This document shows, piece after piece, positions 23,492 to 24,280 of a stretch of 24,280 nt of DNA. Position 1 is the stretch's first letter, and each line of letters opens with the position of its first letter. The notes under the pieces are model-generated. The model made no database searches. It saw nothing but the letters and a program-made list of their open reading frames with translations, and had not been told where the DNA came from. This DNA comes from a virus (lineage: Duplodnaviria; Caudoviricetes): positions 1 to 24,280 of IMG/VR virus record IMGVR_UViG_3300034993_000055. One strand, written 5' to 3'. A program made the translations under genes and the position numbers.

Positions 23492-24280
23492 GGCGTTGGC
23501 TCCATCCCATCTAAGCAATCCACACAGAGCGGCTGGAATAAGCGCATCTGCCCCGCCTTCTCTTGGCGTACCCAACCTGGCGTCTCTTCGCCCCATCCCC
23601 AACCAAACTTGTCCTTAACGGGACGCTCCAAGTCGTCAAGCCACTTGCCCCATTCAGGAAAGTAGTAAGAGACCTCCTCACGCGTGGCCTGATTCTGGCT
23701 CGTACCGCACAGACATTCGCCCGACCGACATAGCGTTTGGGTGACAGGATTGCAGGGCGCATCCACTTTGTCTAGGTACTCGTCGCGATCTTCTTTGCTC
23801 CAATCGTGAATGACGTTGACCCAGATATTATTGCCGTCGGCGCGGATGGGATTGCTCAGATTGCTGGCACGGTTGGCGGATTCAGAAGTACGCGCGCCGT
23901 TGAGGAGGAGGATCGGACGATTGCGGGCGCGCTGGCGGATATGGCGGCTGATAGTGCGCCGAAAATGCGTCTCTTTGAGGATATGATACGCATAGCTATG
24001 CGCCCGCACGCCGCGGCCAAAGAAACCCTTGCGGTTGACGTACTCAGCGTAAGCGTCGCCCGCGTTAGCTTCGATATAGGTGGGCGATTCACCAGCAGCA
24101 AACGTCCGCACAAAGTCGGTGGTGGCGGCGATGCCCGTGCCTGTGACGCCGTGCAGGATATGGCTAATAGGCGTCGCCAGTTCTTTGGCGACCAGATAGG
24201 CGCATAGGCTATCCTTGCCGCCGCTGATCATGCTGACAATCGCATAGGGCGAATACTCGGCAATGGCGCGCTCGATGATG
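23488..24280 (-). CDS. PAPS-reductase-family (PP-loop) protein, 5' end outside the window
   Basis: SGGKDS PP-loop, LNGARTSESANR, VIHDWS and SGECLCG motifs. The frame stays open to the window edge (IIERAIAEYSPYAIVSMISGGKDS). Confidence 0.88.
   Translation of the reverse strand, partial: IIERAIAEYSPYAIVSMISGGKDSLCAYLVAKELATPISHILHGVTGTGIAATTDFVRTFAAGESPTYIEANAGDAYAEYVNRKGFFGRGVRAHSYAYHILKETHFRRTISRHIRQRARNRPILLLNGARTSESANRASNLSNPIRADGNNIWVNVIHDWSKEDRDEYLDKVDAPCNPVTQTLCRSGECLCGTSQNQATREEVSYYFPEWGKWLDDLERPVKDKFGWGWGEETPGWVRQEKAGQMRLFQPLCVDCLDGMEPTP

Larger units (their letters stand above)
1..24280 (-). mobile_element. Tailed phage/prophage segment (siphovirus-like head and tail morphogenesis, lysis and DNA-modification genes)
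   Basis: Co-oriented terS-terL-portal-head morphogenesis-scaffold-capsid-adaptor-closure-gp10-like-terminator-tube-chaperone-tape measure order. No tail sheath gene lies between the terminator and tube. Many genes are coupled by ATGA/TGATG overlaps. Neither phage end is in the window. Confidence 0.97.

Noticed and set aside
109-24207. Plus-strand ORFs and alternative-frame minus-strand ORFs in the ORF track
   Set aside because: They overlap well-supported minus-strand genes, lack recognisable motifs, and are expected shadow ORFs in GC-rich DNA.
23488-24280. Complete Dnd phosphorothioation system or sulfate-assimilation operon
   Set aside because: Only a lone PAPS-reductase-family gene is visible; no dndA/B/D/E, ssp or cys partners in the window.

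Overview
The whole window is one minus-strand segment of a tailed phage or prophage with siphovirus-like morphogenesis genes. No integrase, att site or host genes are visible, so free phage versus prophage cannot be decided. Read in the direction of transcription (right to left), it starts with a middle region of small translationally coupled ORFs, including a PAPS-reductase-family protein, a C5 DNA methyltransferase, a LuxR/GerE HTH protein and an amino-MTase. Next come a lysis module (glycoside-hydrolase-like plus M23 endolysin and two small membrane proteins) and a displaced fibre-like cassette (LamG/SGNH O-acetylesterase, adaptor, BppU-like). These are followed by a ParB-MTase, terS, a free-standing GIY-YIG endonuclease, terL, portal, another amino-MTase, a head morphogenesis protein, scaffold, HK97-fold capsid, head-tail proteins, tail tube, the tail chaperone pair with a CCCAAAA -1 frameshift, and the start of the tape measure gene. 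Five observations stand out. (1) A ~96-nt multi-branched RNA with a tRNA T-arm lies antisense between the chaperone and tape measure genes, and its predicted sigma70 +1 falls on the first base of its closing stem. (2) terL is broken by a 4-nt insertion (TAGC) inside the Walker A motif, next to the GIY-YIG gene. (3) A promoter, two GNRA-capped terminator hairpins sharing an AGCGC..GAYGCC motif, and a Com-like small protein lacking the zinc-binding Cys pairs precede the scaffold and capsid genes. (4) A second promoter / small protein / terminator unit lies upstream of the late region. (5) There are four DNA MTases plus a PAPS-reductase-like enzyme, three of these proteins ending in beta-clamp-like motifs. 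All calls come from reading motifs by eye; no searches were run.
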